Program-made: the position numbers and the translations under genes
The notes under the pieces: generated by a model
The model's database searches: none
Seen by the model: only the letters and a program-made list of their open reading frames with translations
What the model was told of the DNA's origin: nothing
From: an uncultured Acidobacteriota bacterium
Lineage (GTDB): Bacteria; Acidobacteriota; Terriglobia; Acidiferrales; UBA7541
Direction of reading: 5' to 3'
Assembly (NCBI GenBank): GCA_963819235.1
Contig: CAWFVE010000003.1
Span: 947,568-1,011,567, forward strand
DNA: 64,000 bases
Part shown: in pieces, positions 10,342 to 20,571 of the stretch
How the letters are laid out: every line of letters begins with the position of its first letter
Position numbering within the stretch: position 1 is the first letter of the stretch

Positions 10342-10785
10342 CTACGCCGGAATCTCCCAGCGCGGGATTGCGCGAGCCACCGTCAGAGCTACCACCTTAG
10401 ATGCTCCGGCCTTTCGCAAGGCTCTTGAACAGGCATCGAGCGTTGCACCGGTGGTCAGTACATCATCTACCAGTAAAACGCGAAGCTTGTCAACTCGCAT
10501 GCCGTTACGCATCGTATACGCGCCGCGAACGCTCCGCCAGCGCTCCCTTAGACTGAGCCGCAGCTTATCCGGACGAGGTCTGCTTCGTACCAGCAGATAG
10601 GACCGGCAAGGCAGCCCGAGGGATCGCGCCAGCGGCTTGGCGATGAGCTCAGAATGATTGTAACCGCGCTCCCACAGCCGCGCCACATGCCGGGGTAGCC
10701 TTTTGGGTTCGTTCCGTAGAAAGCCCCTCGTTCCGGCGAGACCACGTCTAGCCTGGAAGGCACCCGTGGGTTCGTTTTGTAGGGC
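10342..10785 (-). pseudogene. comF: ComF-family phosphoribosyltransferase, 5'-truncated
   Basis: The C-terminal PRT part is clear (RGYNHSELIAKPLA..., VLLVDDVLTTGATLDACSRALRKAGASKV). The frame stays open upstream to a stop at ~10786 with no ATG/GTG/TTG other than GTG 10686. The N-terminal zinc-finger half is absent. Confidence 0.6.
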
Positions 10786-10838
10786 TGCCTATTGCCAGGC
10801 GCGAACTTAACATTGACAGGGCGCCATGGCGGTTTTGC

Positions 10839-11417
10839 TTATCTCTTCTCCTCTTCACGGTCAGGGCGATCTTCACCAGTGCCATTCTCGCTAGCTTCTA
10901 CATTCGTCGGTTTGTCATTCGAGATCGATTGTTCTTTGCGTTCAGCTTGTAGATGCTCCAATTGTTCCATTGCTTGGAAAAGTTGCCTGTTGATGGTCGC
11001 TTGATAACGGAGAATGCGGTCAACACCCTGAAACCAAAAAGCATTTTTGCGACCAAGTTCCTGTTGTTCGAAGGACAACAGACGACGAAATCGCATGGTT
11101 TCGGTGGTGATTTTCTCGACTAGGAGTTCTTCTATGAAACCCACGGGTTTGTAATAGCTGGCGATGGCGTCCACAATCTCTTCAAACACAGCTCGATCGT
11201 GTTTCTCCGATTCGCCTTGGCGGATCAGGGTCGCAGAGAAGATTCCGTGCTTGTATGAATTCCGAGCGCTGGTTGCTTTGCCTTCAGTCGTCTTCGGGCC
11301 AGTCGAGCGTTTAGCATTCTCTCGATTCGCAGCGAGTTTGCGGTCTGACACGTCTCTTGCTGACAAGGTAGCATCGCCTTTACCGCCGTCGGCTTCTTCT
11401 TCATCCTCTTGTGGCAT
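10839..11417 (-). CDS. Hypothetical protein (acidic termini; ANRENAKRSTGPKTTEGKATSARNSYKHG motif)
   Basis: 192-aa ORF in the AT-richer islet with protein-like composition. No assignable family. Confidence 0.55.
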   Translation of the reverse strand: MPQEDEEEADGGKGDATLSARDVSDRKLAANRENAKRSTGPKTTEGKATSARNSYKHGIFSATLIRQGESEKHDRAVFEEIVDAIASYYKPVGFIEELLVEKITTETMRFRRLLSFEQQELGRKNAFWFQGVDRILRYQATINRQLFQAMEQLEHLQAERKEQSISNDKPTNVEASENGTGEDRPDREEEKR

Positions 11418-12257
11418 ATAACTGCACCTCTTATCGATTTGGAGTGTAGAGGTTCAAATGGAAGAGCTCCTGTGCGATCAAAACAGGTCAATCCCGAGAC
11501 CCTCTCAACCAAGGGTTTGAATAGTTAAAACTTTTCAGTAACTGTCGTATTCAAGCTTTTAAGCGGGGAGAAACAAATCAAGCGGGCTGGATGCGGTGGG
11601 CGAGGAAGGGAATTAGCAGGCTTCGCCGAATCCCGGGAGCCGCTCTGCGATACCGGTCCTGCCAGTGGGGCCAGCAACTGCTGCCGCATGAAATGCGCTA
11701 GCGATGTGTACAGTCGAAGGTGGAGATTGCACAACAAGCCACCGCGGTCCGGCTGACGGAGATACAAAACGGGACGGTGAGGAGCAAATCGGCTCGAGCT
11801 GCAGAAGCCTTACGGACGTTGCGTTCAGAATTAAGGACCCTAGGCTTGGATTTCTTTCGGTGCCGGACCAATTGGCCAATTTACGAGTGTCGTCCGTATA
11901 CTTCGGATGGGAGTACACCACATGTTGAAAAAAGCGATAGGCAAAACAACCCGAAGCGGCGCCGTCAGAACTTCCGCAGAAAAATGAGTGTGCCAAATCA
12001 GTAAGCAACGCGAAATCCTCGACGTTGAGCCGCTGGTTCTCCCGGCGCCTTCGCGCCGGATAGGGATCCGCCGAAGCTGCCCCGTGCCTGTCCAAGTTTC
12101 CTTAGCGCAGGAAATCCCCGTGCCAGAGGGTGCGACAGTTCACCCGAAAGCCAGGTGAAACGATGGTGCGTTCCAGCCGAGAAGATGAGAAAAGCTTCCT
12201 AGAGGAAATATACCAAGTTGCGCAGCGCCGCCGACCAGCGAACCAGGCAGGCCACAG

Positions 12258-12611
12258 GTGGGCATTATTTTCCTGGTGAAAGGAAAACTGTTCATCGACC
12301 CTACGTCCGCAACCGAAGCCGAAGGTTACGCGCATTTCAAGATTCACAGCCGCGACCACCATCAGTATTGGGGCCAGTTGCATAGAGTGAAGGCAGTGCC
12401 TAAGGATTTGGAGTACCACGAGGTGCCCCGAGGGCGGACAGTCTACGACACGAGGGCCGCCAAATATACGCTATTCCTGGACCGCTGCATCCTCAAGAAT
12501 AAGAAGCTCGTGTCGCGAATCATTGCGCAGATGAACTTGTCTTTCAAGAGCACAGAGACCAGCACCGACGACCACTACCGCTGCCCGGTTTGCCTGCGAA
12601 AGACAGGCTAA
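12258..12611 (+). CDS. Hypothetical protein (C-terminal HYRCPVC)
   Basis: 117-aa ORF with a GTG start and protein-like composition. No family recognised. Confidence 0.5.
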   Translation: MGIIFLVKGKLFIDPTSATEAEGYAHFKIHSRDHHQYWGQLHRVKAVPKDLEYHEVPRGRTVYDTRAAKYTLFLDRCILKNKKLVSRIIAQMNLSFKSTETSTDDHYRCPVCLRKTG

Positions 12612-12744
12612 TCGAGGACGAAGGGGCGGAGCAGGCGATGGGGAATGAGCGATCAGGTGGCCATATTCAGCACTGCCGCCGTGTAGGCCAATCGATGTCG
12701 GCTGTTGCTTTGCATCCGTACATCACGGGCGCGGGATATTTTTC

Positions 12745-12882
12745 ATGCCGACATACCCGACTGACCTAACACCAGCCGATCTGACCATTTTCTGGTCGCT
12801 GATGCTGTTTGTGGCGTTCTCACCTGTGATCGCGGTGCTGATAAGCCAGTGGACTCGCCGGAACAAGTACGCCGCCGGTTAG
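12745..12882 (+). CDS. Small hydrophobic peptide (45 aa)
   Basis: Below the ORF-track cut-off. Reads MPTYPTDLTPADLTIFWSLMLFVAFSPVIAVLISQWTRRNKYAAG*, with one TM segment. It lies directly upstream of the next ORF. Confidence 0.35.
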   Translation: MPTYPTDLTPADLTIFWSLMLFVAFSPVIAVLISQWTRRNKYAAG

Positions 12883-12920
12883 CGACACTTTAAAGGATGA
12901 ACCCGTCTGGAGGCGACGAC

Positions 12921-13223
12921 ATGAATAAGCGCAAACACCCGGAGTTCGAAGCGATCTCCCGGATAGCCCACGAGCGCGTCGTCGCCGTGTTGAGCTGTCT
13001 CGACATCTTGGTGCCGGACGCAACGTCTCGCCAGAAAAGGCGGCTCGCGAACAAGATTCTTACGCTGTGCGACGGCAAGGATCGCTCGGTGAAGATCGCA
13101 CAGGCACAAGCGCAGGATTTGATCATGCCGCACCTGCAATGTATCCACGAACATTGCCCACAGCTTTGTTTCTGGGAGCCGATCGGCAGGTCGCTTAACA
13201 TGTTCTTCAATGAGGAGGAGTGA
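12921..13223 (+). CDS. Hypothetical protein (100 aa)
   Basis: GGAGG lies 7 nt upstream of the ATG at 12921 (the ORF track starts at 12897). The antisense ORFs covering it look like shadow frames. Confidence 0.45.
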   Translation: MNKRKHPEFEAISRIAHERVVAVLSCLDILVPDATSRQKRRLANKILTLCDGKDRSVKIAQAQAQDLIMPHLQCIHEHCPQLCFWEPIGRSLNMFFNEEE

Positions 13224-14059
13224 CGTGGAGAGGCCGGCGCGCCAATATTCAAGAAGATCGCAGGCGCGGTGGAGAAATTCCTTCGCGACAGCGATCTGGG
13301 AGGATTCAGCACACGGCGTCATTCAAGCAACTCCGGGACAACGTTTTCGCGCCGGCCACCGCGACGGGTCCATCGTGTGGCCGCACCCGGCGGGCAGGCG
13401 GGGAATACTGATGTCGATTGGTCCTCGTTCGGCGATATCGCCGATCCTGGCGTTTGGAGTCAAGTTCACGCCGAAGGGGTACAGAAAACATAGCCAACAT
13501 ACGCGTGCCGGTCATCGTGCCCAGCGAGGGACGCGCCCATGTGCACTCAGACTACGCGCCACTTGCCAGCATGATTGTGGCGGCGGCTGGCGCGACCTTC
13601 CAGGACGTGGACCATTTCGCCGCCGGCGTTGCGCCCGGCGACGGAATCTTTACTACTTGGAGTCATCGCGCCGGAGCGGGCCGGGCGGAGGCCTTCCTGC
13701 TGAACCCGCAGCCACTGGCGGCGCGTACCGCACGCGAATGGGGAGTGGCTGCCGACGTGGTGCCGAATGGTAAGGCGCTCCGCCGCGCGCGAGTTGGTCG
13801 AGCTGTACTTGAAGGCGCCGGAAGTGACCCGCCGCAACACGCGGGGCACTTCATTCAGCCGCTTAAGGAGCGTATCGTACGGGAAGTTGACGAAGTTAGA
13901 TGGCACTACCCGAAATACCGTCCGTCCCTAGGTCCGCGGCCCCCGGGCATCAACAACCGGCACGACCACAGCAGCCACTAAAAGAGCAACAACTAGCCCG
14001 CCGAAATCGCGAAGCATTCTCGTAAAAGTCAGTATTAGCAAGTGAAGGAGTGCTCATCA

Positions 14060-14935
14060 ATGGCAAATCGAAGGAAAGTCACACTGAAAGACCAGCTCGT
14101 AATGCGCATCAGCACGACGCAGGAGAAAGGGAAGCCTCGCTACTGCCTCGGCCGTCCTTATCCTGACGGATACCAAATGTTTGGCAGAATGCACATCTCA
14201 GCGGACCGACTGCGTGTAATAGGTTGTCAAATACTTGCAAAATGGCGCTTGCCTGAGAAAGAAGAGGACCGCCTGTGCAGACGGTTTGTGTCCATACTTC
14301 AGCGCAGAATCGACGCACGTGAGGACCTATCCGCACTTCTCGAAACAGCGGATGTCACGATGACCGCAGCTGAATACGAGAGCTGCCAATCCGTATTACA
14401 GAAGCGGACGGCGGAGGAACTGTTCGCGGAAGTGAAGGAGTACAGCAAAGACTGTCCGGGGGCTGCAATTTTTGTCGCTTTTGATGATCAGGGAGTCGTC
14501 ATTGAAGCCGACGATCCAAACCGCGTCCGGCTACTTGAGGAAGCTAGGGATTGTGGCGGCGAGGCGATTGGCTTTAAGTTCCTTGAGCCGCCTGCCGATG
14601 GCGAGCAAGTAGTGAGACTCAGCATCTTTCGCGAGTACCGCGACAAACCCTGGGCTCGGGGAATCATGGATGATATTGCGCACGAGATGTTAAAGACAAG
14701 AATTCAGCGGGGCGACGAGATCCGCCGTGTGCCCGAATGGCTATGGGTGACAGAGCAAGCGAAGCGCCTCCAAGTTTCCGCATCTGCCATAAACAGATAT
14801 ATACGTGACGGGTTGCGACAGGATGGATCCAAGTTCGAAGAACTCAAGAGGATCGTCGAGTCCTCAACGCTGGAAGATGCCAGAGGTGACATTTGGAATT
14901 GGAAGCCAAAGGACAAGGGGAGAGATTTGGGCTAA
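14060..14935 (+). CDS. Hypothetical protein with a C-terminal excisionase/MerR-like HTH
   Basis: AAGGAG lies 9 nt upstream of the ATG at 14060. The segment WVTEQAKRLQVSASAINRYIRDG resembles a helix-turn-helix of the excisionase type. Confidence 0.55.
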   Translation: MANRRKVTLKDQLVMRISTTQEKGKPRYCLGRPYPDGYQMFGRMHISADRLRVIGCQILAKWRLPEKEEDRLCRRFVSILQRRIDAREDLSALLETADVTMTAAEYESCQSVLQKRTAEELFAEVKEYSKDCPGAAIFVAFDDQGVVIEADDPNRVRLLEEARDCGGEAIGFKFLEPPADGEQVVRLSIFREYRDKPWARGIMDDIAHEMLKTRIQRGDEIRRVPEWLWVTEQAKRLQVSASAINRYIRDGLRQDGSKFEELKRIVESSTLEDARGDIWNWKPKDKGRDLG

Positions 14936-15268
14936 ACAGACAGCGTGAAAGCTTCCAACCTGCATGTTGCTTGCTTCGATAGAGACGGCCCGAACTGGCC
15001 AATGCGGCGCCTAGCCGGGGGCCTGAAACAGAAGCGGTCCTGCTCAGTTTGCTATTCTCACCTGTGAGGAGGGGCGTCCGATACTACTTTTCGAGCTCGG
15101 TTTCAATCACCGTCTAATAATCAACGAGGCTTTCTACGCGCCACGCTAAACCACCGAGCGTCATAAGAGAAGCGGCAAGCGGTCCTCGTGAGCGCAACGT
15201 CAGCCGCAAACGGGGCTAGGATGCCAAAGTCCCAGCCCCGGGCGCCGTTAAAACCTTATGGGAATGGG

Positions 15269-15622
15269 CTACAGAAGGCCTTGCTCGTGCTTTTCCTGGC
15301 AGGTTGTGCAATGACTGGCCCAAGGCACAGCTTCCAGCCGTTTTTGCTGCAGTTCGGTTTCGCAGTTCATGCAGGTCCCAAAAGTATTGTTGCGGATGCG
15401 GGTGAGCGCTTCGTCGATCTGCTGCAAGGTCGTTCGATCCGTATTGTTCTGTCCGAACAGGAACTCTTTGGTATACGAATTCGCGGCCTTATCCGCCAGG
15501 TCTACCGTCGGATCGTCGTCGGCCGAGCGGCCTTCCTCTTCGGTGCGCGCAATGCTCCGCACCAACTCCTCGCGCTTACTCTGCAGCTTCTTTTTATAGT
15601 ATTCGAGACGCTTTTTATCCAT
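15269..15622 (-). CDS. TraR/DksA-family C4 zinc-finger protein
   Basis: CMNCETELQQKRLEAVPWASHCTTCQ is the DksA/TraR four-Cys finger, preceded by a coiled-coil. The start was set at MDKKRLEYY because the upstream in-frame ATG (15670) overlaps the -10 box of the promoter below. Confidence 0.8.
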   Translation of the reverse strand: MDKKRLEYYKKKLQSKREELVRSIARTEEEGRSADDDPTVDLADKAANSYTKEFLFGQNNTDRTTLQQIDEALTRIRNNTFGTCMNCETELQQKRLEAVPWASHCTTCQEKHEQGLL

Positions 15623-15668
15623 ACTTGCAGCCCCACTGTGGGCTTTATCGGCAGTATTCAAAACGGTC

Positions 15669-15697
15669 ATTGTACGTACCGCCTTTCCTAGTGTCAA
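15669..15697 (-). promoter_or_regulatory. Near-consensus sigma70 promoter (TTGACA-N17-TACAAT)
   Basis: Read directly on the reverse strand: TTGACA at 15697-15692, a 17-nt spacer, TACAAT at 15674-15669. Confidence 0.45.
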
Positions 15698-16021
15698 GGA
15701 AGCCCCTCGCGGGCTTCGGCTCCGTTACTAAGATTCCAAAAAACTGATTTGGATTCCCCTATCCGTAATTAATTTGCGAACGCTACAGTTCTACGCCTAT
15801 CTTCGGCTTTGCTACTCGCACGCCACGCTTTGCCAACCCTCACCGAAAGTTGCGACCCTGGATACGCGTTGCTAGAATCTGATTTTCGCGTCTTCGCGGG
15901 GTGTCACTCGCGGGTGCTCGCCCGGCTCGATCCGGCAATTCCGGTGCGATCCTCATCTTTCCCGTCTGGATCCGCGTTCGGCGAAAATGGCCTCCGGAGC
16001 AAGTACTCTCGCGGCGGCGAA

Positions 16022-17434
16022 GTGTCGGAGGTTACCTTGGCTGCATACGATTTAGCAATCATCGGCAGCGGACCGGGCGGCTATGTTACCGCCATTCGCG
16101 CATCCCAATGGGGATTAAAGACGCTGGTCATCGAGAAAGACGGCTTTCTGGGCGGCACGTGCCTTCACGTCGGATGCATTCCAACCAAGGTCCTGCTTTA
16201 CCACGCCGAACTCTACGAAGCTTTCCAGCACGCCAGCGAATTCGGTATTGAGGTTTCCGAGGTCAAGGTCAATTGGCCCGCGATGCTGGCCCGCAAGGAG
16301 CGCATCGTCAATAAACACGCCAAAGGCATCGAGTTCCTTTTTCGGAAGAATAAAGTGGAATCCATGAAAGGCTGGGGGCGCTGGGCGGCGCCGCATCATG
16401 TCCAGGTGGAGAACGCCGGCAATATCACTGACGTGGAAGCCAAACACATCATGTTTGCCACGGGCTCCGAAGCGCGTTCCATTCCCGGCGTCGCATTCGA
16501 CGGCCAGGTGATTGTTGGCAACCGCGATATCTTGAAGCTGCCGCAAATTCCCGGGCGCCTCGTCGTGGTAGGCGCGGGCGCTGTTGGAGTTGAGTTCGCC
16601 TCCATTTATCGCTCCTTTGGTGCGGAAGTGACGATTCTTGAGATGCTGCCGCGCGTGGCGCCTCTCGAGGACGAGGAAATTTCCGCGGAGTTGGAGAAGG
16701 CCTTTCGCAAGCGCGGGATTCGTATCTTCACGGAAGCGACAGTGGAATCCGTAAAAAGGGACGGGGCCGGAGCCGCCGTCGCGTTTAAAGATAAATCGGG
16801 CGCCTCGCAAAATCTTGCCGCCGATGTCGTCCTCATCGCTGTGGGGCGGTCTCCGCTGACGCAAAACGTCGGCCTGGAGAAGACGCAGGCGAAGCTCGAG
16901 CGCGGCTTTGTGCATGTGGGACGCTATATGGAGACTGCCGAGCCGCAGGTGTATGCGATCGGGGATATCGTGGCTGGGATGCCCCAACTGGCGCACGCCG
17001 CATCCATGGAAGGCATCATCGCCGTCGGGCGGATCGCCGGTATCCAGGTGCCGACGCTAGAAAGGAGCCGCATCCCCAACGCGACCTACTGCGAGCCGCA
17101 AATCGGGTCCATCGGCCTCACCGAGAAGCAGGCTCGCGAAGCGGGATATGACGTGAAGACGGGAAAATTCCCCTTCCTGGCCAATAGCAAAGCTTCCATA
17201 ATCAATCATCACGAAGGCTTCATCAAAGTAGTGGCGGACAACAAGACGTCTGAAATTTTGGGCGTGCATATCATCGGGCCACTGGCGACGGAAATTTTGT
17301 CCGAGTCCGTGACGGCGTTGCAGCTCGAAGCCACGATTGACGATATGCTCTTCACGGTGCATGCCCATCCCACGTTGTGGGAGGCCATGGGAGACGCCTT
17401 TGCTTCTGTGCGAGGCTTGGCCATAAATATCTAA
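16022..17434 (+). CDS. lpdA: Dihydrolipoyl dehydrogenase (E3)
   Basis: Motifs YDLAIIGSGPGGY (FAD), GGTCLHVGCIPTK (redox disulfide), VVVGAGAVGVEF (NAD) and the C-terminal HAHPTLWE. The ORF track opens at 15809, but the GTG at 16022 gives the normal ~470 aa. Confidence 0.93.
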   Translation: MSEVTLAAYDLAIIGSGPGGYVTAIRASQWGLKTLVIEKDGFLGGTCLHVGCIPTKVLLYHAELYEAFQHASEFGIEVSEVKVNWPAMLARKERIVNKHAKGIEFLFRKNKVESMKGWGRWAAPHHVQVENAGNITDVEAKHIMFATGSEARSIPGVAFDGQVIVGNRDILKLPQIPGRLVVVGAGAVGVEFASIYRSFGAEVTILEMLPRVAPLEDEEISAELEKAFRKRGIRIFTEATVESVKRDGAGAAVAFKDKSGASQNLAADVVLIAVGRSPLTQNVGLEKTQAKLERGFVHVGRYMETAEPQVYAIGDIVAGMPQLAHAASMEGIIAVGRIAGIQVPTLERSRIPNATYCEPQIGSIGLTEKQAREAGYDVKTGKFPFLANSKASIINHHEGFIKVVADNKTSEILGVHIIGPLATEILSESVTALQLEATIDDMLFTVHAHPTLWEAMGDAFASVRGLAINI

Positions 17435-17509
17435 GCGCTTGCCTCGCGAATGCCTCACGTCGAGGGCTGCCGCTGAGGTGGCAGAAGAGGTCCGTAAGGA
17501 ACTCCCGCC

Positions 17510-18235
17510 ATGACAGAACTGCAAGACGATTGACCTCGGGCTCATCGGCTACGGAGAAGCCGCCGCCTTGCAGCAGCGGCTGGTTGCCGCGCGCAAGCTT
17601 GCCGCCGTACCCGACCTTTTGCTCTTTTGCGAACATCCCCACGTCATTACCCTCGGCCGCAATGGCAAGCGCGAAAACCTGCGCGTTACCGAAGATCTCC
17701 TCAGCCGTCAAGGCGTCGAATTTCATCACACCAATCGCGGCGGCGATATCACCTATCACGGCCCGGGCCAGATTGTCGGATACCCTATTTTGGACTTGAA
17801 CGGAATTCGCCGCGACGTGGTCTGGTACGTGCGGCAGCTCGAGCAGTGCATGATCCAGGCAACCTCCTCCTTCGGGATCGATGCGTTCCGTATTCCGGGA
17901 TGCACGGGGGTGTGGGTTCGGGGCGGCGATCATTTGCGCCCAAAGAAAAGCTCGCCTCCATCGGCGTGCACATCAGCCGCTGGGTCACGTCTCACGGATT
18001 TGCCTACAATGTCTCCACGGATCTGCGCTTTTTCGATCTCATCACGCCTTGCGGCATCGCCGATTGCCGCGTCACTTCGCTCGAGAAGTTGCTCGGCCAT
18101 TCCGTTTCGCGCGCAGAGGCGATGGCGCGTTTGAGCGATGGATTTAGTGAAGCTTTTGGTTTGGAGTTGACTTCGGCAACATCCGGCGACCTCGACGATT
18201 GGCTGCGGGAATCGATCCCGGTGGGCACGGCGTGA
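17510..18235 (+). pseudogene. lipB: Octanoyltransferase LipB, frame broken twice as assembled
   Basis: The ATG at 17510 (AAGGA upstream) hits a TGA after 7 codons. The conserved IDLGLIGYGEAAALQ...CEHPHVITLGR...GGDITYHGPGQ...GCTGVWV continues in the next frame. The frame shifts again near 17920-17936 into KLASIGVHISRWVTSHGFAYNVSTDLRFFDLITPCG. Confidence 0.8.
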
Positions 18236-18245
18236 AGGAGAACGC

Positions 18246-19495
18246 ATGAAGTCGGACGGAACGCGCCGCGATCTGACCAGGGAACAGTCGCTCGAGCTCT
18301 ACTACTACATGCGGCTCAACCGCTCGCTCGAGGAACTGCTGGTGCGCCTATTCCGGCAAAATAAAGTCGTCGGTGGCCTGTACGGAAGCCTGGGGCAGGA
18401 AGCCACGTCCGTAGGCACGGCCTACGCCTTGGCCGAGGGCGATTGGATCGCGCCTATGATCCGCAACGTGGGCGCGCTTCTGGTCCGCGGCTACAAGCCG
18501 CGCGACATTCTCACCCAATATATGGCGCGGGTTACCTCGCCCACCCAGGGCAAGGACGGCACGAGCCACTTCGGCGATCTGAAGGGCCGGCATGTCGTTT
18601 CTCCCATCTCCATGTTGGGCGATCTGATCCCGGTGATGACCGGAGTGGCCATGGGCGGCCGCTACTTGGGCCAGAAAATCGTGTCCATGACCTGGATCGG
18701 CGACGGCGGCACGTCCACGGGTGCGTTTCACGAAGGCATGAACCTGGCCGCCGTGCAGCGCGCGCCATTCGTCCTGATTGTCGAGAATAATCAATGGGCT
18801 TACTCCACTCCTGTCAGCCGGCAAGCTCCCTTGCGCGACTTTGCCGACCGAGCCCGTGCTTACGGGATCGCCAGCTACATAGTGGATGGCAATGACGTCG
18901 TGGCTGTCTGGCGCACGGCGCGCGAAGCGGTCGAACAAGCGCGCCGGGGCGAAGGCCCCGTGTTGATCGAATCCAAAACCATGCGCATGACCGGACATGC
19001 GCAGCACGACGCCGCTGAGTACGTCCCACGCGAAATGCTGGAGTATTGGAAAGCGCGCGATCCCCTAAGCCGGTATGAGAAATATCTTAGCCAGCATGAG
19101 CTCTGGAACGAAAAAGATAAAACCGCGATACACGAGCGTATCGAAAGCGAGTTGGCTGCCGATCTCGAGTTCGCCGAGAATTCTCCTTTTCCGCCACCGG
19201 AACTCGCCGAAGAAGGAGTCTATTGTCAGGGCTGCCACACCGTGGAAGCGGAATGGCATCGCGCTAAAGAAGAACTGATGCCGCCGAAGTCCAGCGTGAA
19301 GCCGGAATGGACCATCTCCAGTTATGACGCCATGCAGGCTGCGGGCGATGGTCCCCATGATCGTCCCCGCCGTGATCGTCCAACGATCAGGCCGAGCAGC
19401 GGGATTCGGCCATCGAGCCAAAACCTGCGCAGCCGGCGCAAACGGATGGCAAGAACAAAATGCCGGCCCGTGCGCCTCGCAGGGCGCGGAGATAG
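18246..19495 (+). pseudogene. 2-oxoacid (branched-chain/pyruvate type) dehydrogenase E1 alpha, 3' frame break
   Basis: The TPP-binding region is present (GDGGTSTGAFHEGMNLAA...IVENNQWAYSTP). The frame has no stop until 19985, which lies inside E1 beta. A different frame from ~19376 ends with ...EPKPAQPAQTDGKNK... and a TAG at 19493-19495, 2 nt before the E1 beta ATG. Confidence 0.8.
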
Positions 19496-19497
19496 CC

Positions 19498-20472
19498 ATG
19501 GCCCAGGTGACCTATCTCGATGCCATTCGGCAGGCCCTGCTCGAAGAGATGGACCGCGACCCGGCGGTCTTGTTGATTGGGGAAGATATTGGCGTTTACG
19601 GCGGCGCATTCAAGGCCACTGCGGGCCTTCTCGAGCGCTTCGGCTGGGAGCGCGTGATCGATACTCCCATCAGCGAGACCGCCATTGTGGGCGCCGCGGT
19701 GGGTATGAGCTATCTTGGCCTGCGCCCCGTAGCGGAGATGCAGTTCATCGACTTCATTGCCTGCGCCTTCAACCAGATAACCAACTTCGCGGCCAAATCG
19801 CACTATCGCTGGGGCGCTCCTGTGCCCATCGTCATTCGAGGACCTGCCGGCGGCGGCGTGCACGGCAGCGCGTTCCATTCCGCGAATCCGGAGATGTACT
19901 TTGTCCATACGCCTGGCCTGAAGGTGGTCTATCCCGCCACGCCTTACGATGCCAAGGGGCTGCTCAAATCGGCGATACGCGATAACAATCCCGTGCTCTT
20001 CTTTGAACACAAATTTCTCTACCGGCGCATCAAGGAGGAAGTGCCGGAAGGGGATTACACCGTACCCATTGGCCAAGCCATCGTGCGGCGGCCGGGGCGC
20101 GACTTGACTATCGTCACGTACGCTGCCATGGTGCACGCTTCGCTCGACGCAGCCGCGCAACTGGCGCGAGAAGGCATAGAAGCCGAAGTCGTCGACCTTC
20201 GCACGCTGCTGCCGCTCGATCGCGAGACCATCATCGAATCCGTCAGGCGCACGAGCAAGCTGCTCGTGGTGCACGAAGATACGCGCACGGGCGGCATCGC
20301 CGGCGAGATTGCCGCGGTGGTCACCGACTCCGCTTTCGAGGATTTGGACGGGCCTGTTCGGAGGGTGACCTCGCTCGATACGCCGGTGCCGTTTTCGCCG
20401 CCGCTCGAGGAGCATTTTCTGCCCAACGCGGAGCGCATTGCGGCAGCCGCGCGCGATCTGGCCCGCTATTGA
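19498..20472 (+). CDS. 2-oxoacid dehydrogenase E1 beta subunit
   Basis: MAQVTYLDAIRQALLEEMDRDPAVLLIGEDIG...DTPISE... is the typical transketolase-like E1 beta. GGAGA lies upstream of the ATG at 19498. Confidence 0.93.
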   Translation: MAQVTYLDAIRQALLEEMDRDPAVLLIGEDIGVYGGAFKATAGLLERFGWERVIDTPISETAIVGAAVGMSYLGLRPVAEMQFIDFIACAFNQITNFAAKSHYRWGAPVPIVIRGPAGGGVHGSAFHSANPEMYFVHTPGLKVVYPATPYDAKGLLKSAIRDNNPVLFFEHKFLYRRIKEEVPEGDYTVPIGQAIVRRPGRDLTIVTYAAMVHASLDAAAQLAREGIEAEVVDLRTLLPLDRETIIESVRRTSKLLVVHEDTRTGGIAGEIAAVVTDSAFEDLDGPVRRVTSLDTPVPFSPPLEEHFLPNAERIAAAARDLARY

Positions 20473-20571
20473 ACTTATCGAACCGCCGAGTGCATGCTTT
20501 AGATGGTGTCCGGCTGCGCTCTCGCGGTTTACGGCGCAGCGAGTTCCACACGCGAGGTATAGGAGAGAGCC

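Noticed and set aside
11451-11459. GGTTCAAAT, a tRNA T-loop-like string in the gene-poor stretch of the islet
   Set aside because: The flanking bases cannot form a T-stem (AGAGG versus GGAAG), and no acceptor or anticodon arms can be drawn.
11613-12095. 160-aa reverse ORF in the islet's gene-poor stretch
   Set aside because: No SD or start context, mixed composition, and it overlaps forward ORFs of similar quality. It was left uncalled.
15090-15175. tRNA-like fragment (reverse strand GCTCGGTGGTTTAGCGTGGCGCG...) that could have marked an integration site at the islet's right edge
   Set aside because: No cloverleaf could be folded. The T-arm and acceptor pairing are missing, and the similarity is limited to a D-loop-like string.
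18246-20472. Possible natural E1 alpha-beta fusion protein (the alpha ORF runs to 19985)
   Set aside because: The alpha and beta frames differ. The alpha frame past ~19330 is Arg-rich nonsense. A third frame provides a plausible tail ending in a TAG 2 nt before a GGAGA-preceded beta ATG. Separate genes with one frame break therefore fit better.
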